NCBI GenBank assembly: GCA_013141065.1 | Contig: JABFRR010000003.1 | Span: 252,415-316,414 of the forward strand | Origin: Bacteriovoracaceae bacterium | Lineage (GTDB): Bacteria; Bdellovibrionota; Bacteriovoracia; Bacteriovoracales; Bacteriovoracaceae | DNA length: 64,000 bases | Direction: 5' to 3' | Part shown: piece by piece, positions 27,637-36,473 of the stretch | How the letters are laid out: each line of letters opens with the position of its first letter | Position numbering within the stretch: the first letter of the stretch is position 1 | The notes under the pieces: generated by a model | The model's input: the letters and a program-made list of their open reading frames with translations, nothing else | What the model was told of the DNA's origin: nothing | Databases searched by the model: none | Program-made: the position numbers and the translations under genes

Positions 27637-28575
27637 ATGTTCCAGTTAATAAAAGTTGGTACGAATATAGATTTCATGGGGAAAATGAAATACATCGCTT
27701 TTGGTTCATTAATCGTTTGCTTGATTTCAATTTGGGGCATAATTAACAAAATGAATTATGGAGTTGATTTTCGCGGTGGAGCTGAAATTCAAGTGAAATT
27801 TTCACAGTCAGTTGGAACAGATGAGCTAAGAAATTCATTGAGCACGAGTGGATTTCAAGGTGTGAGTGTTCAGACGATTGGTGAGCCCAGTGAAAATAAT
27901 GTACTAGTAAAAGTTCAAGCTAAGGACACGGAGCTAAATCTTGTCACTGAAGGAGTCACGAAAGCCCTTCAAACGTCATTTGTCGGAAATACGGTTACAG
28001 TTGAAAAAGTTGACATTGTCGGTCCCAAAGCCGGAGCAGAGCTCAGGTCTTCAGCAATTAAGGCGATGTTTTGGGCCATTATTTCAATCATGATTTATAT
28101 CGGAGTTCGTTTCGATTTTAGGTATGCACCAGGAACAATGCTTTCAATCATTCACGATTTACTCGTTATTTGTGGAGTCTTAGCTTTTACTGGAATGGAA
28201 TTTTCATTACAAATTGTTGGAGCTCTTTTGGCGCTTATTGGTTATTCAGTAAACGATACTGTTGTTATTTATGACAGGATTAGAGAGTATGAAACAAAAA
28301 ACCCAAACAAGTCGTTAATTCAAAATATCAATGATGCCGTCAATGACACTCTTTCTCGTACAATTATAACTGCACTGGCCACTTTTATTGTTTGCCTTTC
28401 AATGTACTTTCTTGGCGGTGGAGCAATCAAAGATTTCTTTTTTGTTTTATCGGTAGGTATTTTATTAGGTACATACTCAACTGTTTATATTGCTGCAGGA
28501 GTTGTTGTGACTTCAGATTTAATTTCAAAAAAAATGGGATCAAAAAATACCAATGCAACGAACGTTACGGCTTAG
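27637..28575 (+). CDS. secF: protein translocase subunit SecF
   Basis: GVDFRGG, VGPKAG.EL, GYSVNDTVVIYDRIRE. Confidence 0.97.
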   Translation: MFQLIKVGTNIDFMGKMKYIAFGSLIVCLISIWGIINKMNYGVDFRGGAEIQVKFSQSVGTDELRNSLSTSGFQGVSVQTIGEPSENNVLVKVQAKDTELNLVTEGVTKALQTSFVGNTVTVEKVDIVGPKAGAELRSSAIKAMFWAIISIMIYIGVRFDFRYAPGTMLSIIHDLLVICGVLAFTGMEFSLQIVGALLALIGYSVNDTVVIYDRIREYETKNPNKSLIQNINDAVNDTLSRTIITALATFIVCLSMYFLGGGAIKDFFFVLSVGILLGTYSTVYIAAGVVVTSDLISKKMGSKNTNATNVTA

Positions 28576-29323
28576 TTTCTTACAAAATTTTATTTTACTT
28601 CAAGGTCTCCTTTTTGGAGACCTTGTTTTTTCACAAGTGCCAGAGTCAAACACTGAAGGCACAGAAGTAAGTGTAGAAGTCCAAGAGCAACATGACACTA
28701 AGGATTTAGAAGAGTTACTTAAAAAATATAATAAAGATCAAGTTAAAGTCATTGAGGATAATTCTAAAATTCATAACATTGAATCTAATAGTGAAGACAG
28801 TGAGATGAGAGAATTCGAACTTGAAGCTGCCGCTCTCAACACAAAGATTGCACAAATACATAAAAAAAAGACTAATGACAAAATACCCACCAATGAAAAA
28901 CTTTCAGAATCCGTTCGTTTGGTTTTACAACCCTTGCAAATTCTCTCAGAAAAGGAACTAGAAAATCTTCTCTTAGAGACTTCAAAAACTTCGAAGTTAA
29001 AACCCTTGTTTGAAAAATTTCCCAAAACTGTCACTTTCAGTGTGGGAATGATTAAAAATAAAGACGCTATTCCTAGCTTGGTTTCAGTGGTTGAAGACAA
29101 GCCACGACTTTTAAATTTTGCTGTATTTATGCTGGCCACGATCTTAGTAGGACTTTTTTTAAAGAAGCTTTTTTTTAACAAAGACCGCTCATTTTTAGGT
29201 CTCATTTTCTTTTTTATTATCCGTATTCAATTAATGTTTTTACTTCGCGTAGGAATTATTTATTACTTTTACAGTAAAGAATTTACTCCCGCTTCTATCG
29301 TATTTAAAAAAGTATTTCTCTAA
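28553..29323 (+). CDS. hypothetical exported/membrane protein with two C-terminal TM helices
   Basis: 256-aa ORF, signal-like N-terminus, hydrophobic C-terminus; start uncertain because a terminator lies in its first codons. Confidence 0.6.
   Translation: MQRTLRLSFLQNFILLQGLLFGDLVFSQVPESNTEGTEVSVEVQEQHDTKDLEELLKKYNKDQVKVIEDNSKIHNIESNSEDSEMREFELEAAALNTKIAQIHKKKTNDKIPTNEKLSESVRLVLQPLQILSEKELENLLLETSKTSKLKPLFEKFPKTVTFSVGMIKNKDAIPSLVSVVEDKPRLLNFAVFMLATILVGLFLKKLFFNKDRSFLGLIFFFIIRIQLMFLLRVGIIYYFYSKEFTPASIVFKKVFL
28601..28631 (+). terminator. Rho-independent terminator downstream of secF
   Basis: Perfect CAAGGTCTCC-TTTTT-GGAGACCTTG followed by T6. Confidence 0.75.
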
Positions 29324-29334
29324 TAACGGTTTGG

Positions 29335-31056
29335 CTAACCTTTTGGAATACAACCAAGACGCTTATCGCTTGTTCGATCACTCGTTGGCGGTGTAGTTTG
29401 GGTTTTACCTTCTAAAGAATCGAAGCTACGAACGGTGAAGAGTTTACGATTTCCTTGCGTGAGAGCATCGGCAGTAGTACTTGTCGGCCAGTAATAATAA
29501 ATAGTTTTCGTATTCATTGAACTTTCATCAGCTCTAATTTTTAATGCATTTTGGATATAAAAACCATAATTTAACAATGTACTTTCACGAACGAGCATTA
29601 ATCCATAAACTGGAACATAGACATTATTTTTGAGAATCATTTCTCCTTCTTTTTCTGCGATGTAGAGTCCTTCTGAATCTCCAATGAACTCACCGAGAAC
29701 GTTAAAGAGAGGTTGGTTTCCATTAAAGTGAGTCGAATTAGGACAGTATGACTTTCCTGACTCTGCGTATGTAAATGGAATCATCACGTAACCTAATAAA
29801 GCATTTTGTGCGGTCACACCATCAGATGTTGGTCTATTGGGAAAGTTGAGTGGAAAAAAAAGATTCATTGTAGATCCTGGCAATTGGTATTCATTGGCCA
29901 GCTTTTCTTCAATAACTTTATTTATCGTTAATCTCCCCCCATTTTCTGCCTTAGCTGTAAATCGCGAATCTGCCTTGTCCCAAAGGGCCAGGGCACCAGG
30001 AATAAGTTCTAATCGTTCATATTCAACAGAGTCTTTACCTGGATGAAGTTGTTCATCGTGACATACGGTCGGGGACTGGGTGTTTCCTCCAGGAGGCAAT
30101 ATAGGCGCAGGCATTTCGTTAGCTGCAAAATAATAAAGTAAGCGAGTATAATTTGTTCTGATAATATTTCCAGTTGCATCAACCATTCCACCGTAAGTCA
30201 TGCATGTGTACTGATTGAGAGGAGTTACTTTTAATGCACCTAGATTTGATCCACTGTCTGTTGTTTGATCTTTTCTTCTAATTTGAAATTCTTTTGATTG
30301 AGCATTCGAGCCAGATTTAAATTCATTTATTTTTAAGATCCAAGTTTTATTTTTGGCGAGCTTGTTCACGTTCACAGTAAATGAGTTTGATCCAGGAGAG
30401 AGATTTGGTGGCAGAGTTTCAGTCGTATTACCATCAGTTGCAGTCACAATACACTGAGGTGTTTCTGGATCGCTACTTAATTGAACAGTACACCAATTAA
30501 ATAGATTTCCGATTTTTGTATTAAGAGCTATTTCTGGCCCGACAGTTGTATTAACGTAAAGAATTGGTTGATCAGAAACTGGCTTATTTGCACATGTCAC
30601 ATCACAATCACTGAGAATATCGGCTTTACCGTTAATACATGAACAAAAATCATTTTTAATAAAAATAGCGTTATTAGGTCGTGTGTCTAAAATAACATCT
30701 GAAACACAAATATTGGCCGAACCATTAACTCTTGAAAGTAAAACATCTGAAGGGACCGTTTCTACCAGTGTTGTTCCACCGGCAATAAGATCTTTTTTTA
30801 TTTTTGACAGTTCTTCTATTTCAGCAATGTGAGTGCCTGATAAGCAGCTCTTTGTACAATTGTCATAGGGTGCACTATAAACTAGCAGGTCACTGCCGCA
30901 GCCATCTTGATTTCCATTATCAATCGAGAAATCCTTAACGAATCCTTTTCTTTTAGCTAGAGAAGTATCCCCAACACATGAAGCAAGCAGGCTTACCAAA
31001 AATATAATTATGGTGGATGCAAAGTATTTTTTTAAATAAATATTACGATTTAGCAT
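29335..31056 (-). CDS. Cys-rich hypothetical lipoprotein
   Basis: Lipobox LLASC; many paired cysteines; AAGAAGA before ATG 31056. Confidence 0.7.
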   Translation of the reverse strand: MLNRNIYLKKYFASTIIIFLVSLLASCVGDTSLAKRKGFVKDFSIDNGNQDGCGSDLLVYSAPYDNCTKSCLSGTHIAEIEELSKIKKDLIAGGTTLVETVPSDVLLSRVNGSANICVSDVILDTRPNNAIFIKNDFCSCINGKADILSDCDVTCANKPVSDQPILYVNTTVGPEIALNTKIGNLFNWCTVQLSSDPETPQCIVTATDGNTTETLPPNLSPGSNSFTVNVNKLAKNKTWILKINEFKSGSNAQSKEFQIRRKDQTTDSGSNLGALKVTPLNQYTCMTYGGMVDATGNIIRTNYTRLLYYFAANEMPAPILPPGGNTQSPTVCHDEQLHPGKDSVEYERLELIPGALALWDKADSRFTAKAENGGRLTINKVIEEKLANEYQLPGSTMNLFFPLNFPNRPTSDGVTAQNALLGYVMIPFTYAESGKSYCPNSTHFNGNQPLFNVLGEFIGDSEGLYIAEKEGEMILKNNVYVPVYGLMLVRESTLLNYGFYIQNALKIRADESSMNTKTIYYYWPTSTTADALTQGNRKLFTVRSFDSLEGKTQTTPPTSDRTSDKRLGCIPKG

Positions 31057-31113
31057 ATTTTCTTCTTTGCTAGTGCGTTCATTAAATTCTTTTAAAATCA
31101 AATCCTAGTCATA

Positions 31114-31140
31114 TTATCGACTTTATATTCTCCAACTTTA
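31114..31140 (-). promoter_or_regulatory. sigma28 (FliA)-type promoter of the Cys-rich lipoprotein
   Basis: Minus strand TAAA-GTTGGAGAATATAAA-GTCGATAA (1 mismatch to consensus). Confidence 0.72.
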
Positions 31141-31372
31141 GCCTTGATCATAATGGACTATTCTTATTTTAAACCTGGAAGAGGCTAGACTTGAGTAAAA
31201 TAGCTGCTATTGTTAAAAATAAGTAATTTTAGAGACTTATCTTATAGGGTCTAGCTTTGGACCTTTATTAAGCTGCCTCATTTAAGAGGCAAGCTAAAGG
31301 TTTAATTAGTTCTAACCGATAGATTTTTATAAAGATTAAAAATTCTTTTTTTATAATTCCAGGAGATCCTAT

Positions 31373-31678
31373 ATGACTAAGGCAGATTTGATTGCAGCGC
31401 TTGAAAAGCAAGCTAACCTTACTCACAAGCAAGCTGAAACCATCATTAACATTACGTTTGATAGTATGATCAAGGCGCTTTATGAAGACGAGAGAATCGA
31501 AATCAGAGGTTTTGGTTCATTTGCGAATAGAAACTACAAGGCCTACGAAGGACGCAATCCTAAGACTGGAAAAATCGTTAAAGTCCCACCTAAAAAAGTT
31601 CCATTTTTTAAAGTTGGTAAAGAACTTAAAGAAATGGTGGATGAAGGTAAAGACAAGTACGTGATCCGCGAAGCTTAA
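31373..31678 (+). CDS. ihfB: integration host factor subunit beta
   Basis: RIEIRGFGSF, GRNPKTG, KVPFFKVGKELKE. Confidence 0.85.
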   Translation: MTKADLIAALEKQANLTHKQAETIINITFDSMIKALYEDERIEIRGFGSFANRNYKAYEGRNPKTGKIVKVPPKKVPFFKVGKELKEMVDEGKDKYVIREA

Positions 31679-31693
31679 TTACCTTATTTTACA

Positions 31694-31722
31694 TTGACAT
31701 ATTTAAGGGGTTCGAAGAGAAT
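31694..31722 (+). promoter_or_regulatory. sigma70-like promoter of tRNA-Cys
   Basis: TTGACA-N17-GAGAAT ending 22 nt before the tRNA. Confidence 0.5.
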
Positions 31723-31743
31723 CCCTTTATCTTTTTATCCAAT

Positions 31744-31821
31744 GGAGACGTGCCAGAGTGGTCCAATGGAACGGTTTGCAAAACCGTAAAGCCGGCGGTT
31801 CAAATCCGCCCGTCTCCTCCA
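31744..31821 (+). tRNA. tRNA-Cys(GCA)
   Basis: Acceptor GGAGACG/CGTCTCC, anticodon arm ACGGT-TTGCAAA-ACCGT, T-arm GGCGG-TTCAAAT-CCGCC, U discriminator, encoded CCA. Confidence 0.97.
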
Positions 31822-31845
31822 GTTTTGATCCGTTTTTGCCTTTAA

Positions 31846-31858
31846 AATCAATTACTTA
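31846..31858 (+). promoter_or_regulatory. IHF binding site in the attL region
   Basis: AATCAATTACTTA matches WATCAANNNNTTR; lies between tRNA 3' end and integrase. Confidence 0.5.
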
Positions 31859-31943
31859 AATCACTTTTTTCACTAACTAGCGGTGTGGCGGTAAACGTTA
31901 CAATTTCAATGATTTATTACGCTTTTTGTTTTAATGTTTATTT

Positions 31944-33173
31944 ATGAACATTGATGAATTAAAAAAGATTAAAAGCTTCATGATCGAGAAAGACAAGTCA
32001 GTCTTTAGGATTCGATACAGAACCATCGACAATATCCAGCATAGATTACCTCCTGATAAACATCCTGCATTTAGGAATAAAGAAGAAGCTCAAGACTGGA
32101 TTAAAACCAAGCAAGCTTTTTTAGCAGGTGAGAAATCTCGAATTGCTAGGATTGTAGCTAATAATAAACGTTATCCATTAGTTCAAGAAAAACTGAAGCT
32201 CTATTGTGATTATAAGCTTGAAAGTAAACTTAAAGACATTAAGACCATTGAAGCTTATTTCCAGAACTATATCTTTAATTTCTTCTTGTCCGTTAAACAG
32301 ACTCAAAACTTAAACGAATGGTCTTTGTTCTATCCTGAGTTCTTAAAGCATTTAAAGACAGTTAAAAGTAAGAAGGGAGTCCCATTAGCAGTAGAGACTC
32401 AACGTAAAATATGCTTCTATTTTAATGATTTTTTAGAGTACCTTTACAAGAATAAGCACACTACTACTTATATTGAAAAGTTAGACATTCCTGATTCTGA
32501 AGACTCTGAGTTAACCTTAGCTGAAGCATACTGGACCGAAGAAGAAATAGAGAAGGTATTACCTTTTTTAACTGAAGATGTACGCAATCTTTTTATCTTT
32601 GGATTAGAAACAGGTATGCGAATAAGTGAGATTTTAGGGGTTACTAGACAGCTTTATTATAAAGGTAGCCTACCTCGAAAAGAGATCAATGAGAGCTTAA
32701 TAAAGAACGGTATAAGCTATAACGGTTACATCAGGCTAGAGAGTCAACTTGATACTAACAAAGACGGTGTATTCACCTTAAAGCCTCTAAAAGGGAAGGA
32801 TAAGATCCTAAGTAAACATGCTCGTTACATTCCTGTAAGTGAGAAATGTTTTGAGATAGTTAAGCATTACAATAATAAAATTGTCGGAATGGGGACCGTT
32901 CAAGACAGAGACTCTAGAAATCTATTCTGGGAAAGTTTAACTAAGTCTAAGGTTAATACCGAAATACAGGATTCGTGTAAACTAGCTGGTATTCCCATTA
33001 AAACTACTCACTCTACTAGACATACTTTTTGTACTAATTTCCTTCTAAAAACTTCATCAGAATTTCTAACAAAGATCATAAGTGGTCACAGCAGTGATAA
33101 AGCCTTTAAAAGATACTTACACTTGATTGAAAGTTTAGCGGATAATAAGAACAGAAGTAGTGGATTGTTGTAA
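31944..33173 (+). CDS. tyrosine recombinase/integrase at tRNA-Cys
   Basis: ETGMRISEIL (R), HSTRHTF (HxxR), GHSS...KRY (H, Y); intact ORF next to the tRNA 3' end. Confidence 0.92.
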   Translation: MNIDELKKIKSFMIEKDKSVFRIRYRTIDNIQHRLPPDKHPAFRNKEEAQDWIKTKQAFLAGEKSRIARIVANNKRYPLVQEKLKLYCDYKLESKLKDIKTIEAYFQNYIFNFFLSVKQTQNLNEWSLFYPEFLKHLKTVKSKKGVPLAVETQRKICFYFNDFLEYLYKNKHTTTYIEKLDIPDSEDSELTLAEAYWTEEEIEKVLPFLTEDVRNLFIFGLETGMRISEILGVTRQLYYKGSLPRKEINESLIKNGISYNGYIRLESQLDTNKDGVFTLKPLKGKDKILSKHARYIPVSEKCFEIVKHYNNKIVGMGTVQDRDSRNLFWESLTKSKVNTEIQDSCKLAGIPIKTTHSTRHTFCTNFLLKTSSEFLTKIISGHSSDKAFKRYLHLIESLADNKNRSSGLL

Positions 33174-33572
33174 AAAGAGCAGCATCTACCTAAGCACCGC
33201 CCCTAAATTACAGAGAAAAATCACCTACGTTTCAGCTTGATCAAATAGCTTGAGTTAAACCAAGACACAGTTTCTGAGATGAAAAAACTACATTCTTTAT
33301 GGCCCGTGACAAGTGTAACTTCGTTCGGAAATACATTTTGTCGATGACAGAATAAATTAGATTGCATCTTTTAGATAATCATCTTTAAGAAAGCAAGTGG
33401 TTTCTAAATAATATTTCTCCTTTCCTCTAGAAAGAGTAAAAGTTTAGCCGCTATGCCCGCCGAACCTCGCACGAGCAGTGACTGCTTCATTAGATTTTCT
33501 ACCTGGAAGTTTTTATCTGTGAACTAATCCATTACCTTAAACAGAATTTCGCCTTAGCTTATTCATTCATCT

Positions 33573-34866
33573 TAATGGGCCTCATCCTTCATCCCTAATT
33601 CACCCGAAACAATCCTTATGCTTTACTTAACAATCGCTTTCCTGTCATCAAGAATAAGAAAGGGATTTGTTTCCTAATTCACTTCCATGTGAAATCAAAT
33701 GAACGAGATTCTATTAGCGTTTCTGTCCAACAAGTAATCGTAGTCGTTTTCTTTCCTTTAAGTACTCCTCGTAATCGTCATTGTATGTATCATTATTTTT
33801 TAATAAGTGAAGAGATAATGAGGAAATTTTTCTAGCCAATGCAACTTTGGCATCTTTGGCAGAAATTCCCTTGGCCCTAAGTGCATCGTGATAATCTCGC
33901 AAAGTTGTTTCAGTTCTCATTGCTGATTCTGCAGCTCCAATAAAAACATCTCTCAACTCACGACGACCGTGGACTCTTTTATTGCCATATATTTTACCAG
34001 CTGAAATTTGTATATGACGAACTAGCATACAGTATCCCCAGAATTGATGTTTGTTTCTGAATCTCTCTGGTTGACATACTATTGCTGCAATTACATTGGC
34101 ACGAACGATACTGATTCCAGGAATAGTCATTAAGTTTCTAATCGGACGATACTTTTTTTGATTATTTTTAAACCAATCTAGATATTTAATTTTTTCATTT
34201 TCAAGAAACTCGACTTGACTAAAAAGATTAGTGGCCACAAATCTTGCAGAATCATTTTTTAATTCAATACATCGATCTTTGTTTTTATAAAAATTGTTTT
34301 CATCCGTCTTGAGCCCTTCAGCTCTGAAGACGGATTTTAATCTATTTTTAAAACGTACAATTTCTTGAACAATGTCGAGATAGCCACTTACTGATGTTCT
34401 TAGTTGTGCCCAATGGGAATTATCGTGAAAAACTTCTTTTAAATGTCCGCATCGAAGTTCATTAGCTAGATGAATTGCATCTCTAAAATCTGTTTTTGCC
34501 CCAGATTTTTTTGCAACATATGTTGGATTACAAACTAACAATCGATCCACCTTTTCCTTGAGTGAAATATACAACCATTGTGAAATAGTTGACTCTTCGA
34601 ATGTGAGAATACGCTCACCATTTATTGACTCGATAACATTCCAGAGGTTCTTTTCTGAAGTGTCGACTGTTTTTCTCAGGATACAATCGCCAGTTTCATT
34701 CAAAACGGCAAAAGTTGATGTTGATGAATGGGCGTCAAGGCCGATAAAATACTTCATAAGCAGCACTCCTTGTGATCAAAATGTTTATAGAGATACAAAC
34801 ATTTTAATATCCACACGCTTAATTGCTGGCACGCTAGGTTTTTGCCTAGATGAGGCCCAAGTGGAT
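33573..34866 (-). mobile_element. IS110 family, IS1111-type insertion sequence
   Basis: 11-bp subterminal IRs TGGGCCTCATC (33576-33586 / 34849-34859), 7 nt from the left end and 3 nt from the right end; TA at both junctions; joining the flanks restores an 8-bp inverted repeat. Confidence 0.75.
33714..34757 (-). CDS. IS110-family transposase/recombinase, intact
   Basis: IGLDAH (D), TFEES (E), KTDFRDA (D,D); Tnp domain LMTIPGI...ISAG; AAGGAG RBS. Confidence 0.92.
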   Translation of the reverse strand: MKYFIGLDAHSSTSTFAVLNETGDCILRKTVDTSEKNLWNVIESINGERILTFEESTISQWLYISLKEKVDRLLVCNPTYVAKKSGAKTDFRDAIHLANELRCGHLKEVFHDNSHWAQLRTSVSGYLDIVQEIVRFKNRLKSVFRAEGLKTDENNFYKNKDRCIELKNDSARFVATNLFSQVEFLENEKIKYLDWFKNNQKKYRPIRNLMTIPGISIVRANVIAAIVCQPERFRNKHQFWGYCMLVRHIQISAGKIYGNKRVHGRRELRDVFIGAAESAMRTETTLRDYHDALRAKGISAKDAKVALARKISSLSLHLLKNNDTYNDDYEEYLKERKRLRLLVGQKR

Positions 34867-35266
34867 TACGCCCTAAGGCGGTGCTGCTTTCTTACCTTGT
34901 CAAATTGCTCTTCAGGTCAGCCAGACTGCAGAGTACTACAATAAAAACAAAAAATTGCCAGAGGCAGATAACTCTAAAAAAACTTCTTTGGTGAGCCAAG
35001 GTAGTAGCAAATAGTCTAAATATCGAGCGTTTTACCATCTGCCTTAAATTGATAGTTGGTAGAAAGAATAGTTGTTTCAGAAGTATTTTTTTCCTCAATG
35101 TTTGCATCAGTCAAAACTAAATCAGCACCAAGTGTTTTTTCATTTGATAAGACTTCCATCAACATTTTTAATTTTCCTAAAGTTTGATTTAAAGACTTTT
35201 AAAAATATAACGAAAAATGTTTTTAACTACCAGTTAAGAAATGGTTAGTGTTTTGTTTGAAAGCTT

Positions 35267-36175
35267 TTAGAGTTTTAAAATATCTTCGATGATATTTGCC
35301 GCAAACTCACTGCTGCTTTTGCCTTTTTCAATCGAGGTATATTGAGCTTCTGGTGTCGTAAGAGGACTCGGAGTTAAAAGAGATTGAACAAAGTTATTGG
35401 CCTGAATAGTCTTAGTTTTATCATCAGCGAATTTAGTGGCAGCTAAAATTTCAATATTTTTAACCTGCGCTATTTGAGTACTTAGATTGTCTGATGCCGC
35501 CATCATCTCTAGTCGAATATCAAGCTGGCGTAGATAAGCCGTTTTGAATTTTGGAGTTCCTGAATGATATCTGGCATACCATTTTGAATCACTTTTTTCA
35601 TGGCGTAATTTAATGATATTGAGAATTTCGGCCATTTTCATGAACGCGTATTCAAGATCAACTTGTACTAATTCCTTATCTATAAGTGGCATATTCATTC
35701 TCGTGAATTCTCTGTTCCACATATCAACATTAATTTGAGCAATTGAAAGATCCCCAGTTGAAGAAATTTTATTGGCCTTAAAATTACTTTCAGTGTCTAT
35801 AATGGAAACAAAAATTTGTGGTTCAATATTGTATTTTTTAATGGCCAGGGAGAGTTTAGTTGCAATTATATCTCTTGTTTCCTCATCTAGTTCTGGTTGA
35901 ACAACAGCAATCATATTGGCAATTACAAATGCATCTGTTGGATATTGTTTTTTGTCAAAATTTTCAAAACGTGGAGGAATGCTTTCTTTCGTTTCTACAC
36001 TAAATTTATTGTAACCGCGATAGGGGATTGCGGCGGCCCTTAACTCTTTAGGGGCAATTTTTTTGATAGGCAAATCAACCGTGGCAACATTTTTTGTGCT
36101 TGAACAACTTTGTAGTGTCAAAAGCAGTAAAAGGGATGCATGAGTGAACGAATGTTTTTTAATTTTTGTTTTCAT
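35267..36175 (-). CDS. lipoprotein with lytic transglycosylase (SLT) domain
   Basis: Lipobox LTLQSC; IAKK-like helix then IIDTESNF (catalytic Glu), SIAQIN, ARYHSG. Confidence 0.75.
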   Translation of the reverse strand: MKTKIKKHSFTHASLLLLLTLQSCSSTKNVATVDLPIKKIAPKELRAAAIPYRGYNKFSVETKESIPPRFENFDKKQYPTDAFVIANMIAVVQPELDEETRDIIATKLSLAIKKYNIEPQIFVSIIDTESNFKANKISSTGDLSIAQINVDMWNREFTRMNMPLIDKELVQVDLEYAFMKMAEILNIIKLRHEKSDSKWYARYHSGTPKFKTAYLRQLDIRLEMMAASDNLSTQIAQVKNIEILAATKFADDKTKTIQANNFVQSLLTPSPLTTPEAQYTSIEKGKSSSEFAANIIEDILKL

Positions 36176-36291
36176 GGGACGCACTATAATCTTAATTTTT
36201 AATTAATGAAGATAGGGCATACCTTTTTATATGATAGCTAAATGACACCAGACTATCAGCTTGAAATAATGAGTTTTTAAAGAAAAATAGA

Positions 36292-36447
36292 CTATCGTCT
36301 TTTCTTGTTAGACCTCACTTTACTTTTATCGACACTTCCTTTTCCGTTATAACCGGAACCTTTAAATCCCGGAACACCGGCATGATCCTTAAGAGATTCT
36401 TCTTTGGGGGCAAGATTCTTTTCTGATTCGCTTTTCTTTTTCGTCAT
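36292..36447 (-). CDS. 51-aa basic, Gly/Lys-rich small protein (not in ORF track)
   Basis: AAGGAG-N10-ATG; MTKKKSESEKNLAPKEESLKDHAGVPGFKGSGYNGKGSVDKSKVRSNKKRR*; follows the SDR on the same strand. Confidence 0.65.
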   Translation of the reverse strand: MTKKKSESEKNLAPKEESLKDHAGVPGFKGSGYNGKGSVDKSKVRSNKKRR

Positions 36448-36473
36448 ATAGTTAGATCTCCTTTTTTTAACTT

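Noticed and set aside
33500-34930. Reconstructed IS1111 target as an integron attC site
   Set aside because: No RYYYAAC/GTTRRRY boxes bracket the hairpin, and the nearby integrase shows no recognisable IntI features
33360-35165. Decayed gene interrupted by the IS1111-type element (incl. 49-aa ORF 35016-35165 and ORF 34892-35107)
   Set aside because: The reconstructed frame has stops at about random frequency and no recognisable motif
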